From the NCBI GenBank assembly GCA_951406725.2, contig OX597829.1, positions 37,820,001 to 37,884,000 of the forward strand: DNA of 64,000 bases, read 5' to 3'. A program made the position numbers and the translations under genes. Every line of letters begins with the position of its first letter. Position 1 is the first letter of the stretch. The notes below the pieces were generated by a model. It made no database searches, was not told the origin of the DNA, and saw nothing but the letters and a program-made list of their open reading frames with translations. Shown here one piece after another: positions 51,520-64,000 of the stretch. The DNA is from Octopus vulgaris (taxonomy: Eukaryota).

Positions 51520-51890
51520 ACTTAATTTAATTTGTCCTTAATCGAAAGACACCTGTTGTTATGTCTTGTTATTTGTATTTGTGTGACATTCTCCATTTTT
51601 TCCGTCCTTGTTTTTGTATACATTTGCTGCTTTCTTCCAAGGAAGCTAATGTTCTTAGCTTAGTTTTTCCTTGGGGCTGGCCAGATTGGAGTAATCTCGA
51701 GTATAACCAGCTGAAATGGCAAAGATAATCTGGAACTCGACTGAGGAAAGAAAATTCCGATTGACCTGTCCTTGTTTTCTTTGTATCGTCTATTTGGATG
51801 TTTTGTTGTCCCTTTTTTGTATCACCTAACTGTCTGGATGTCTTGTATTCTTGTCCCATTTTGTACTTTATATATATATATATATAAAGC
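51520..51890 (+). mobile_element. T-rich short element between (TA)n tracts, probably PLE-related
   Basis: Flanked by TA repeats; gactgaggaaagaaaattccgattgacctgtc is a possible decayed hammerhead; similar 3' part at 61490-61555. Confidence 0.4.
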
Positions 51891-52695
51891 ATCGTACATA
51901 CACTTTGGTCTCTTATATGTAAGTATATATTTATCTAAATCTTGTATGATTATTCTTTCTATCAGCCCTTTCAGGCTTATTCATTCATTCCAGCCTTCGT
52001 TCTTTCATTCCCCCTCTCTTACATTTCCATGCCTTCTCTTCTTGCTCATATGTATGTATGTATATATATATATATATACATACACACACATACATACATA
52101 CATACCTGAAGGTCTTTGTGAAAAATTACTTAATACAGTTTTTAGGTATAAAGTGGATTTTTTAAATCTTTTATTTTTTAAAAAAGTTATATGTTTTAGC
52201 AGGATATTACCAACCTATTTTGCAAGGAGTTTTTTTTCCAAGTGCGTGAGCACTTTCGATTTACCTTTTCAAACATGTGCTCTTAGAAAATGCTTGATAA
52301 TAGAAAGTTTAACGTATGAGACTCTTAGTCTTAGACTCACTTATGTAACTTTATACAGCTAAATCGTGAGTGTGTGTGTGTGCATGCACCTGTGCAATTG
52401 GGAAATGCATTCAATTCCATTTGTCTTCAATAATACCATTTATTTGTGTATGAGTTACAGTCTGCTTTCCTTGATATTGAGTGTCAGTTGTGAGTATCAT
52501 CATCATCATCATGCAAGCAATGTCCTTCGTTTCCAATTTTCTGAGATATGTCAGGCTATGGGAAAATATTTCTTTCCTTAGAAACAGGTGAGGGTTGGTG
52601 ACCGGAAGGGCATCCAGCTGTAGAAAATTTGCCTCAACAAATTCTATCTGACCCATGCAAGCATGGAAAAGCATACATTAACCGATGATGATGTA

Positions 52696-52734
<39 letters not shown>

Positions 52735-53124
52735 TCATTGTTGTTTTAACCTTCTCATTCCCATGCTTGCATGAGTTGGACTTGCTGAGGCAGGTTTTCT
52801 ATGGGTGGATGCCCTTCTTGTCGCTAACCTCACCTGTATACAAGTAACGTAATATTTTCTTTATGACCATTTATGTTTCCATGGAAGGCTGGAAATGAAG
52901 GACATGGCTTGCCTGGCAGTGACGCTTATTTACAACTATTACATGATATCAAGTTTAGAAGGCAGTAACACACATGCATGCACATGCACATACACACACA
53001 TGCATATATTGTGATTCCTTCAGTTTCCACTCACAAAGCTTTGGTCGGTCCGGGGATATAGTAGTAGACACTTGCATAAGGTACCATGCGTCAGTAGAAC
53101 CATGTCATTGATAAGCAAACTTCT

Positions 53125-53355
53125 TATTTCCTTATTGCCCACATGGGGCTAAATATAGAGGGGACAAACAAGGACAGGCAAAGGGATTAAGTCGATTACA
53201 TCGATCTCAGTGCGTAACTGGTACTTAATTTATCGACACTGAAAGGATGAAAGGCAAAGTCGACCTCGGCGGAATTTGAACTCAGAACATAACGGCAGAC
53301 GAAATACCAATAAGCATTTCACCCAGCGTGCTAACATTTCTACCAGCTAGCTGCC
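53125..53355 (-). mobile_element. SINE family B with TSD ataagcaaacttctta, nested in an A2 SINE head
   Basis: Duplication seen on both sides. Confidence 0.92.
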
Positions 53356-54297
53356 AATAAGCAAACTTCTTACCACACAGCCACACTTGTACTTTACATA
53401 TATATATATATATATATAACACACAGAAAATTATTTAGAAATGTCTCAAGGATGAACCCTTTTTTCCATGATGTTTTAAGTGACTGAAATCACAAAATGT
53501 CCAACTAAGCAGGAATGCTAATTCTTGGATCAATAACCCCCTCCTTAGTTGCTCATCAAATTGACCCTGAGTGAACTGATGTATCATGAAATTAAATGTC
53601 TCGCTCTAAGACAAAGCACCGCTTGATCCAAGAATTAAATCCATGATCTTAAGATCATTAATCTCACACTAACCATTCGACCACATGCTAACACACACAG
53701 ACACACACATCCTCATATATGTAAACATATTTTCTGGCATGGTTGAATGATTGAGAAAGTTTGTTTGAAATCATGAAGTCGCGTGTTCAATCTCACAGTA
53801 TAACGTCTTGGGCAAGTGTCTTTCATATATAGCCACAGATCAATTCAAATCCTGTGAGTGAAACTGAGTAGATGGAAACTATGATGAAGCCTATCAGACG
53901 GATTACAGCAGGGATTCAAAAATCCAGCCCTGATATGAACCAAGTCACACTGATTCTACCTGAGAATTATTATGGTAATGGTACATGTGCCTGTGGAGTA
54001 CTCAGCTACTTAGATTAATTTAAAAGATAGGATGACTAGTTTATTGAATATTGTTCGTGTGTATATATGTATACACACACATACATTTTATAATCTAAGC
54101 TATGTCCTCAAAAAGCACATCTGTAAAATAACGTTTCAAGTTGTTAGCAGATTCCAATTTTTCATCTATGTTGAGGTTTTTTTGTTTTTTTTATCAAAGA
54201 AATATGCTTTCCATCACATATACATAAGAAATGAACTTGCTCTATTTATTAACAGTTTTATATATTCTGCCTTTTGTTGGTAATGAAATAACCTTAA

Positions 54298-54516
54298 CCC
54301 TTTAGCATTTAAACCGGCCATATCCAGCCAAAAATATTCTACCTGTTTTATGTTCAAACTGGCCATATCTGGTCTCTCACACCAACCCTACAATGTCGTT
54401 CTAAAAATTAAGTTATCTCATCAAAATCTCATAGCTACAAGATAATGCATGATTAATTCGAAACAATGTAGATGAAGAAGTATTAATTTTGGCAGAATAA
54501 TGCGAACTCTAAAGGG
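54298..54516. mobile_element. piggyBac-like MITE, family 2
   Basis: TTAA|CCCTTTAG...CTAAAGGG|TTAA; diverged copies at about 21726-21950, 23021-23209, 32577-32980, 59816-60030. Confidence 0.85.
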
Positions 54517-54727
54517 TTAAGCGAAACATCCAAATGTATTCTTCCTCATTTAAAAGGTTGAACAGCAATAACTGCTTAAAATGAAATATAATCAAGTAGA
54601 TTATATTGGAGCAGAGCTTTATGTAGATAAGGTTATAATGCAGTCTGTGTCTTCATGAAGCATATCTGTATAATCCAGTACTCAAAATTTTATGAGGCAT
54701 GCATCAGAGTTGAATAATACTCTCATT

Positions 54728-54906
54728 ACTCTTTTACTTGTTTCAGTCATTTGACTGGCCATGCTGGAGCACCGCCTTTAGCCGAGCAAATCGACCCCAG
54801 AACTTATTCTATGTATGCCTAGTACTTATTCTATCGGTCTCTTTTGCCGAACCACAAAGTTACAGGGACATAAACACACCAGCATCGGTTGTGAAGCAAT
54901 GTTGGG

Positions 54907-54937
<31 letters not shown>

Positions 54938-55055
54938 TACACACATATATACGACAGGCTTCTTTCAGTTTCCATCTACCAAATCCACTCACAATGCTTT
55001 GGTCAGCCCGAGGCTATAGTAGAAGACACTTGCCCAAGGTGCCATGCAGTGGGAA
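54728..55055 (-). mobile_element. SINE family A, 5'-truncated
   Basis: Tail and CORE-like region present; head cut within the B-box region. Confidence 0.88.
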
Positions 55056-57279
55056 CACATAAATGTATGTTATGTATTTCTATAGTGTCTTTATAAAACC
55101 TGCATGTTTGTGTGTGTGTGTATGTATATATATATATATTATATATATATATATATGTGTATTATGTATTTATGTATGTGTATATATATATATATGTATG
55201 TATATATATACACACATAAATAGATAAATGTATATGTTTCTAAGTTGAACCTGTGTGGGTTATTTTCTATGCAAATCCTACTAAATAATCTGATTTAATT
55301 TGTTTCTATTATTAATTTCACCTAGAGTAAAAATCTAAAAGAATGTGCTTTTCCTTTTAATCATACCAGAGTTTATAGTGACAGTAGTGTTTGGTGAGAT
55401 AAACCACTGGCATTAAAGGTTAGTCTTAGCTCTCTATTATATCTCCATTCACAACATTCAGGATACATAGGTATATAAACCCACCTAAGTATTTGACCTG
55501 TACATTATTTTGTTGATCCCAGACAGTAAAAAGATAAAGTTTTTCTAAGAAGAAATTGAATGACTGAGGATATCAAATTATTCTGTTAATCTACTGTTTC
55601 ATTTACACACATACTTTCAGAAAGTGAATTAATCCTTCCAAGACCATTTGTCAAATGGAAATGCAATGTTGAAAAGCTTCAATTACTTTTGACTATGATC
55701 AAAAACTTGAAGGGATTTAGTAAAATATATTTCCTACAATTACTTAAGCAGAGGTTTGGAACACAGCTAAAGTCCTTACATAAAAATTAACAATTAATGG
55801 TTTTTAATTTAAACAGAAAGATTTTTAAAATAGCAGTAACTGCAGCAACAGCATCAGTAGTGGTGATTAAAAAAAAAACATACTAAGATGGGGCTGGGTG
55901 GCTACACCCTAAAGAGGGGTGGTGCACCGGCAAGATCACAGCCAAGTGACAGGAACCAATAAAAGATTTTTAAAAAATAGAAAGCTGAGTCAGTGCAGCA
56001 AAGCATAAAATGATACATCTTCACAGTATTATCTTTTTACATCAAGAGTGCAACTACTACCATCCAACAGAGCTACTTTGCCTGTCGTCTTTCTAGGGCC
56101 AATGTCATCAATTAAAATGTTTGAAGTGGTGCCCCAGTAAAGCCATAACCCACTGATTAAAAGCATTAAGAATTTTTAAAAAAAAAAAAAGTTAATTTAA
56201 TTTGATCTAAGGTGCTTCTGATCCTATATCAATATACAAATCCTCTCTCCTTTGGGCACAGTAAATAGATGAAACAAATTAACTTTTTTCTTTTACATAG
56301 TAAGGCCTAATTACCTATTTCTGCTGTGATATATCCAGTTGAATATTTGGAAGTGAGAGTGAGGATGAAATAAAACTTATGTAAAACTTTTGTTAAAGTT
56401 AAATACATAGTAATAGTCACACAATGATTGTAAACATACAAATAACAGCTGTGACAAGGCAGGAATATTTTAGTGGACTTATGAACTAACAGCAAAATAT
56501 GTGTTTTAAAGGAAATGAAGGAAAACTTTCAATAAAATGTGCACACACACAAGTTATATAAGTAACTCAAAAGCCGAAAGTTTTGTGTGTTACACAAAAT
56601 ATACATATATCATCATTATTTTCATGTCCACTTTGATATGTCTGCAGGGGCCAGATACAATTTGTTGAGGGAGATTTTCTATGGCATGATGCACTTCCTG
56701 CTGCCAACCATCATCCATTTCCAAGCAACATAATATTTTCCAGAGATGTACTTACATAGCAAGTGACCTGATCTGAGATTGTGTGCTGAAACAAAAACAA
56801 TTGCAGCATGGAAGGTGTTTAAAAACACAAAAACCGTTAGATTCACTTCAACATTTAAATCTAATTTGTCAAAATATTTTCGGCGTTTTGAGACCATGAC
56901 CTGATCACTGACAAAATTCCATGTTGCACCTGAGAAAGTAACAATTCATGATAAGTATGTATGTGTGCATCTAAGCAAGTATGTATGTATGTACTTACGT
57001 ATGTGAGTATTTAAGTATGTGTGTAGACATGTGAATGTATGTTTATTTTCCCATAGCTAGAAATGGACAACCCTGCTTGTATAACAATGATGCTCATTTA
57101 CAACCATCATGTGATATCTAGACAAGGGTACACACACACACACACAACTATATGGCAAGTTTCTTTCAGTTTCCATCAACTAAATCTACTCAAAAAGCTT
57201 TGGTAGACCCAGGGCTATTGTAAAAGAATTTCTATTTGTGCATTTGTGTGTGTGTTTGTGTGTATTTATATTATATGAA

Positions 57280-57620
57280 GTCGCATGGCTCAGCAATTAG
57301 AGCATCAGGCTCACAACCATTAGGTAGTGAGTTCAATTCCCAGACTGAACTGTGTGTTGTGTCCTTAAGCAAGACACTTCATTTCACATTGCTCCCAGTT
57401 CACTCAGATATAGAAATTAAATGTGATGTCACAGGTGCCAAGCTGTATCAACCTTTGCCATTCCCTTGGAAAATATCGGTGGCATGAAGAATGGAGGCTG
57501 GTATGCATGGACAACTGCTGGTCTTCCATGAACAACCTTGCCCAGGCATGTGCCTCGGAGGGGAACTTTCTAGGTGCAATCTCATGATCATTCATGACCA
57601 AAGGGGGTCTTTACCCTTTA
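57280..57620 (+). mobile_element. tRNA-derived SINE family C, followed by a second related head (57623-57760)
   Basis: A box tggctcagcaa, B box gagttcaattcc, gtccttaagcaagacactt, tail ggtctttaccc. Confidence 0.8.
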
Positions 57621-57857
57621 TGAAGTTGCATGGCCTAGTGGTTAGAGTTTATCACTCACAATTGCTAGATCATGGGTTCATTTCCTGGATTGGGCAGCAC
57701 ATTGTGTTCTTAATCAAAATACTTCTTTCCATGTTGCTTCAGTTCACTCAGCTGTAAATGCACTGTTTTATTAGAAGTGGGGGGGGGACCTAAGACATGA
57801 CTAATAAGCAGGTGGACCACACTATTAAAAAATTTTTAAGTAATTTTCCATTAGAGG

Positions 57858-58132
57858 CAGGACTGTGGAGTCGAAACAGAAAACTTCAGCTCCTAGTCCT
57901 CTTTATGTAATTAAGTGATTGAGGTCTTCATGTCTCATAAAGCATATGCACACACTTTTACTTTGAGTAGACCTATATGTTATAACTGGTTTATATTAAG
58001 AATAAAGATATTGCGAGTTGGAATCAGAGTTGGTATAGTTTTACTGACTCCGACTCCAGCTACCCGTCAATTGTTTCAGACTCTGACTCCAGCAACCCCT
58101 TATTTGTTTCTGACTCATACTCCACAGCCCTG
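57858..58132. mobile_element. hAT-type MITE
   Basis: TIRs caggactgtggagt / actccacagccctg; perfect 8-bp TSD attagagg (57850-57857, 58133-58140); internal gactcc repeats. Confidence 0.9.
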
Positions 58133-58239
58133 ATTAGAGGTGCCATTCAGAAAAATCCTGTGGGCCACAGTTTTCCTATGACTGCTCTTATAGCAAGAGA
58201 TTAAGAGTCATTAAGTGTTCCATATTGCAAGACAGAGAA

Positions 58240-60260
58240 AAGTGTTTTGAAGAACAACAACAGCTGCAACATACTGACTTGCACTGAATGATGAGAAGTG
58301 GTTTGGAAATGTTAGAAGAAATTGATGAATGAAGAGAATGCATAGAAGAAACAGAGACTACTCCAAGCAGACAGTTATATGATTGAGAGCACAATTAATT
58401 ATATAAAAGGCAGCGAAAGCAACCAAACCATCAGGAAAAGATCAAGCAATGCTGAAAATATCTAGTGAGGTAGGGCAGACACTAGTCATTCACATATCAA
58501 TCAAGTCAATCAGACAATACTTAGGGATATCATAACAAGGGCTGGCATAGTAGAATTATTATCGACTGTTATAAGAGACACCCTAAAAATATTGTACAGA
58601 AGCATGAAATTGATGGACTAGACTACAAAAGTAACAAAAAAGAATTAGAGTAGAATTGATTAAGAAAGGGAACTTGCAAAGGTGACAACCTACAGTTTAG
58701 TTTTGTGACAGAATGAGTATTACTGATGCTATATATTTCTAGTCAGACAACTACAAGAGTTTTGCAATTGGTCACTACACCAAGCTCACAGATGGCCTTC
58801 AGCAGGAACACAGGAGTACAGTCTGGTGCTCACTAAGAAAACTAAATGTATATGAATGGTTATGCAAATTATGTGTAGGGATGCCAAGAGCTATTGGGAG
58901 AGTTATAATGAGTTTAGAGAGGAATTTAGCATGCAGGTAAGTGTTCGTCAGGACTCAATTCTCAACTCCTTCCAGCTCGTAATAGCTTTTCAGGCAATAA
59001 GAGTAATTTAAGAAGAGCTGTTTATGGGAACACCTGTTTACTGACAATCTGGTTCTCATAATTGAATGTCAAATACTTAAAGAAAATGGAAGCAAAACGT
59101 AGAGGTCTAGGAGTAAACTAAGCATGGACACAAGTTTTAGCAACAAAGACAGGACTGTATTGCTATCTAGCAAGTGGCCATGATCAATATGCAACAAAGT
59201 GAGTAGGAATTCCCTATGGTGCAACCATTGTAAACTAGTGGACCTATAAGATGTTTAGTGAGATCATAGGCAGATTTACAGAGAAAGAATAATTTTTTTT
59301 CATTTCTTTACTACCCACAAGGGGCTAAACACAGAGAGGACAAACAAGGACAGACAAACGGATTAAGTCGATTATATCGACCCCAGTGCATAACTGGTAC
59401 TTAATTTATTGACCCCGAAAGGATGAAAGGCAAAGTCGACCTCGGCGGAATTTTAACTCAGAACGTAACGGCAGACGAAATACTGCCTAGAATAATTTAT
59501 AGCAATAAATGCACAAGAGGAATTAGCAGTAAGATCCACCCATAAAAGAAATCATATTTACTAATGGAAGTAGGTGTTTTAAAAACATAGTAACAAGCAA
59601 GAACAGGGTGGGGAAAATTTAGGGAGTTATTAGCTCTGCTTTTGAAAACGGATTCTGTCTGATAAAAGGGCAGACTGAATGAAGCTTGCACACAATGTAT
59701 TATTATGTTGCACACTAGTGAAACACAAGCATTACAAGCGGAAGATGTGAAAACTGGAGAGAAATCAAACAAGTATGTTCCAGTAGATGTGTTATGCTTG
59801 TGCGACAGGAATTGACCCTTTGGCATTTAAACCTGCCATATTAGGCTGAAATATTCTACTTGTTTCATGTTCAAACTTGTCGGATCTGGCCTCTCACACC
59901 TACCATACAGTGTCAATCTAAAAACAATCATATCATCAAAATCTCAAAGTAACAAAATAAAGTGAGATTAATTCAAAACAATGAGAATAAATATGAATTA
60001 TATTTGACAGAGTAATCTGAATGTTAAAGAGATAAACAGGATGAGAGAATTGGGTGTACAAGGAATCAGATGCAGCATGAAAGAAAGGCAGTCAGAATGG
60101 TATAGATGTGATGTATAAGGAGATTGACTGTATAAAAAAAAATGTGTTTAATAATATAAATGGAAGGAAATAGCCAAAGTGGAAAACCAAGAAAGACATG
60201 AGAAGTGGTGAAGTCTGATCCATGAAGGAAATACCAAGGAGAAAACACAGCTAACATATG
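58240..60260 (+). mobile_element. long decayed RTE LINE interrupted by SINE B (59302-59486, -) and a piggyBac-like MITE
   Basis: Residual RT-like motifs (V.VRQDSIL, LFTDNLVLI, WP*SIC..., GKPRKT*EVVK). Confidence 0.55.
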
Positions 60261-60703
60261 TAATCATGGTAAAATAGTCATGATGATTATGTGTGTGTGT
60301 GTGCAGATGTGGTTGTGGTAAGAAGTATGCTTCCCAACCACATGGTTCTGGGTTCAGTCCCACTGTGTGGTACCTTGAGTAAGTGTTTACAATAGTCTAG
60401 TCTAATGAAGGCCTTGAGTAGATTTGGTTAATGGAAACTGAAAGAAGCCTGTTGTGTGTGTGTGTGTGTGTTTGTCTCGTTTTTTCTTGACATTGCATGA
60501 TAGTTGTAAAAGCATACAAATGACAAATACGGTGTCGTTCCTTTTCAATATTTTGTGAGAACATGTCTGGCCATGGGAAGCTATTCCTTGCTCAGAAACA
60601 GGTGAGCATTGGTAATAGGAAAGGAATCCAGCCATAGAAAAATTTACTTCAAATAAACTGTCCACACCATGCATGGAAAAGTGGAGTTTACACACACACA
60701 CAC

Positions 60704-61012
60704 ATCATCATCGTTTAACGTCCACTTTCCATGCTAGCATGGGTTGGATGATTTTGACTGAGGGTTAGCGAAGCAGACGACCACACCAGGCTCCAATCTT
60801 GATCTGGCAGAGTTTCTACAGTTGGATGCCCTTCCTAATGCCAACCACTCCGAGAGTGTAGTGGGTGCTTTTTACGTGCCACTGGCACGGGGGCCAGTCA
60901 GGCGGTACTGGCAATGACCTCGCTCGAATCTTTTTCCACATGCCACCGGCACAGGTGCCAGTAAGGCGACGTTGGTAACCACCACACTCGAATGGTGCCC
61001 TTTTACGTGCCA
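60704..61012 (-). mobile_element. RTE-type 3' UTR
   Basis: catcatcgtttaacgtccactttccatgctagcatgggttgg...ggatgcccttcc...tgctttttacgtgccac units. Confidence 0.85.
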
Positions 61013-61599
61013 CACACTACATATATATACAAGATGCAAACGCTTGTAACAATTCCAAAGATTTTGATCAGAAATGGATTGCCATCTATATCTAAAAAAA
61101 GTACCTAACACACTCCCAAATGACTAATGCCATAGAAAATGTCAATGACCACTGGACTTGTAACCTTATGTTTGTCTCCATTTCCAAAATATTACCCTTT
61201 AAAGAACTTTATTCTCTGAGTTTATTTTTACCTGCATTGTATACTTTATACAGTTTAATTGTTTGTTTTTTTTTATTTGCATTCATCAACATATATTTCT
61301 AAGTCATTATTTTACTGTAGGTATGTAAAAGAATATGCAATAGGCGCATTTTCAGCACTCATTTGTTTATTTTTATTCTTTGTTATTCTACCCACCCCTT
61401 TTCTCTGGTCTCTTCACTCAAAGATTACTTCCAAATAACAAGTGCCTTAAATTCACGAATGAGATCCAACGTGTGTGTGTGTGTGTAGAGGCTTCGAGTG
61501 ACCTGTCGTTTTTTTTGTGTCGTCTCCTTGTGTTCTTGTCTACTTAGTAATTTATATTTTATGTTAAATTGCATATATATATGTATGTATGTATGTATG

Positions 61600-61798
61600 T
61601 ATCTGTCCCGTCATCATTTCATAACTGGTGTTGGTGTGTTTACGTTCTCGTAACGTAGCGGTTCGGAATAAGAGACCGATAAAACAAGTACTAGGCTTTA
61701 AAAAAGTCCTGGGGTCGATTTGTTCGACTAAAATCCCTTCAAGGCGGCGCTCCAGCATGGCCGCGGTCAAATCACTGAGACAAGTAAAAGAATAAAGA

Positions 61799-61800
<2 letters not shown>
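61600..61800 (+). mobile_element. SINE family A tail half
   Basis: Starts at a microsatellite; ...cagcatggccgcggtcaaatcactgagacaagtaaaag. Confidence 0.8.
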
Positions 61801-61830
<30 letters not shown>

Positions 61831-62789
61831 TTATATATATATCATAATGTCTTTTCAATTCAAGTCAAATGATTTGTTATAATTAATTTCCTTCTTTACC
61901 CTATATGTAACTAAAATGGGACTTGGAAAATCTTAGGGCTTCACTGCCGTATAAAGTTGTTCATATCACCATCATACTTTCTTCTTTTGGCAAACTTTCT
62001 TGGGGGATAAAATTCCCAATACGGTTGCTTTGCAAGTATGGTGTTGATAAGCATACGACTTTCTCTGTCAGATGGACAATATCGCCAAAATCACGTTTCA
62101 TCTGTCGAAATGCAGTAGTAATAAGTAGTAGTTTCATTTATTTTCTTAATATCACCTCCACTCTTTAAAAAACGAATTTTTTTATGAGTCCTCATTTGAC
62201 AAAATGGATATGCAGATAAAATAAAGCATCTTCAAGAAGAAAAATAAGGGGAAACTAAATTATAACTGCCATTCAACATCTCGACATCATTTGAATTAAC
62301 CCAGTTAAAATACCGTTATACATTGAACCATCATCTTTTAACCTGCTAAGAAATAGCAACTAATTCTCCCTCTTATTCATATTCTATTATTTTTAAATGA
62401 ACAAGGACTTTATGAAATACTACTAAATTATACCACTTCTGAAAGCAATATGGGAAGATCAGATCTAGAATGCATTTGGTCATAGCTACTGATACATCAG
62501 CCCTGACCTGGGGCTAAACAAACAAACACCAACGACCGTTATACAACTATCTGTATAGAGATAAAAATATTGCCATTGATTTTTTTTTTTTTTTTTTTGC
62601 TTCTGTGTGACTGAGTGAATTCGTTTACATGTCAACAGGTGAAATTCATACTTCTTTCTGGAAGTCTGATCAGAACATGTAATGAAGATGAACTGAATTT
62701 TATTTTAAAAAAAAAAATGGAAAAATTGCATTAAATAAAACTAAAAACATTGTAACTAAATTAAAGTGTTCACGAAGTAAACATGTTCG

Positions 62790-62825
<36 letters not shown>

Positions 62826-63011
62826 CAACAAACTGTTATGTACATGTCAGAACTATGACTAAGTTCCAAACTATAGCATTTGAGATACCTGAAGGAAAGT
62901 TAATGCAAACAGTCACCTGTACTTTGCAAACAAAAGTGAAAGATGGGAGCAAGTGAAGAAAAGAGAAGCGGTTATTTCACATATATTCAAACAAAAATTA
63001 CACACACACAA

Positions 63012-63046
<35 letters not shown>

Positions 63047-63777
63047 AAAATCGATATATTCACTTTGCTAGAGTACTTTGGATATAATCAATTACGTTTC
63101 CCGAAATTATTTTGCTTGTTTTATTTCTTTCTTTTTACTTTTATGAAAACCACTTCGCTCAGTCACACCTCCAATTAAAGAAATATACTTTTTCCTGATG
63201 GTGGTGGTGATGATAGTGGTGGAGTGTAGTATGAGGAGAGGGCGGGAGTAGAATAACAAAACAAAAATATTTTGATGTATGGTTATGACAGGATTCGTAA
63301 ATAAATAAATATATATATATGTGTGTGTGTACACACACATATATATATGTGTATACACACACACATATATATATGTGTGTGTGTATGTATATATGTATTG
63401 TAAGTGTTCAAACAAATAATATTATACAGATGCACACAGATAGAGTATAAGGGTCTTAGTTTGGGGGTTTTTTTTAATGTAATTACAGTGATCACAGGTA
63501 TTAACTAATTATTGCAGCTGTCATTGTAGGCACCACAGATCAATATCATTAAGATTTTTAAAAATGAGAAAGTTTAGATTTAGTAATGTAAATCTGTAAC
63601 ATAAATCTCTGACAACTATAGGAAAGAATATTTTTGTTTCAATAACTGTTAGATGAGAGCTCACAAATTAAAAAATAAAGTGTGAGTGGAGGGGGAAGCA
63701 GTTTACAAAAATATCGAAATAACTATTTGAAGGTCGATATAGTGAAAGAAAAGCTAAGTCTTATGAATGTACTTTAA

Positions 63778-63825
<48 letters not shown>

Positions 63826-64000
63826 TATATACACACATGTAAAAATTCTGGTGCATCTAACTTAAGTACCATATTCATTTGAATCTAAATTTTGCTGAAC
63901 TTATATATATATCTTTATATATATATATATGTGTATGTATGTATGTATGTATGTATATATAAGTAATGTGCAGAAAGTATTAAACGAGTTGTTTTACCGA

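Noticed and set aside
5511-55096. Recurrent ORFs ending ...HSQGFGRPEAIVEDTCPRCHAVGLNPEPCGW that look like a gene family
   Set aside because: They are antisense translations of the family A SINE head, not genes

Overview
AT-rich, microsatellite-rich animal genomic DNA made up almost entirely of repeats. The SINE content looks like an octopus (coleoid cephalopod) genome; this is recognition from memory, not a search result. No intact protein-coding gene is evident, and nearly all ORFs in the track are repeat-derived. The window holds many tRNA-derived SINEs of three or four families, decayed RTE, Tx1/L1, R4/Dong and HERO-like LINE pieces, Penelope-like elements (PLEs), mariner transposase remnants, non-autonomous Helitrons, and piggyBac-, hAT- and Merlin-like MITEs. 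One 60-nt exon candidate (3561-3620, +) suggests the window may be intronic. Most interesting: (1) a PLE 3' end with a tRNA-like Pol III cassette directly upstream of a minimal hammerhead ribozyme; (2) several short hammerhead-bearing elements, often lodged at (TA)n/(CA)n tracts; (3) long near-perfect fold-backs and two divergent TA-embedded elements sharing a nested fold; (4) two mariner halves with abutting breakpoints 22.5 kb apart. Boundaries of decayed elements are approximate.
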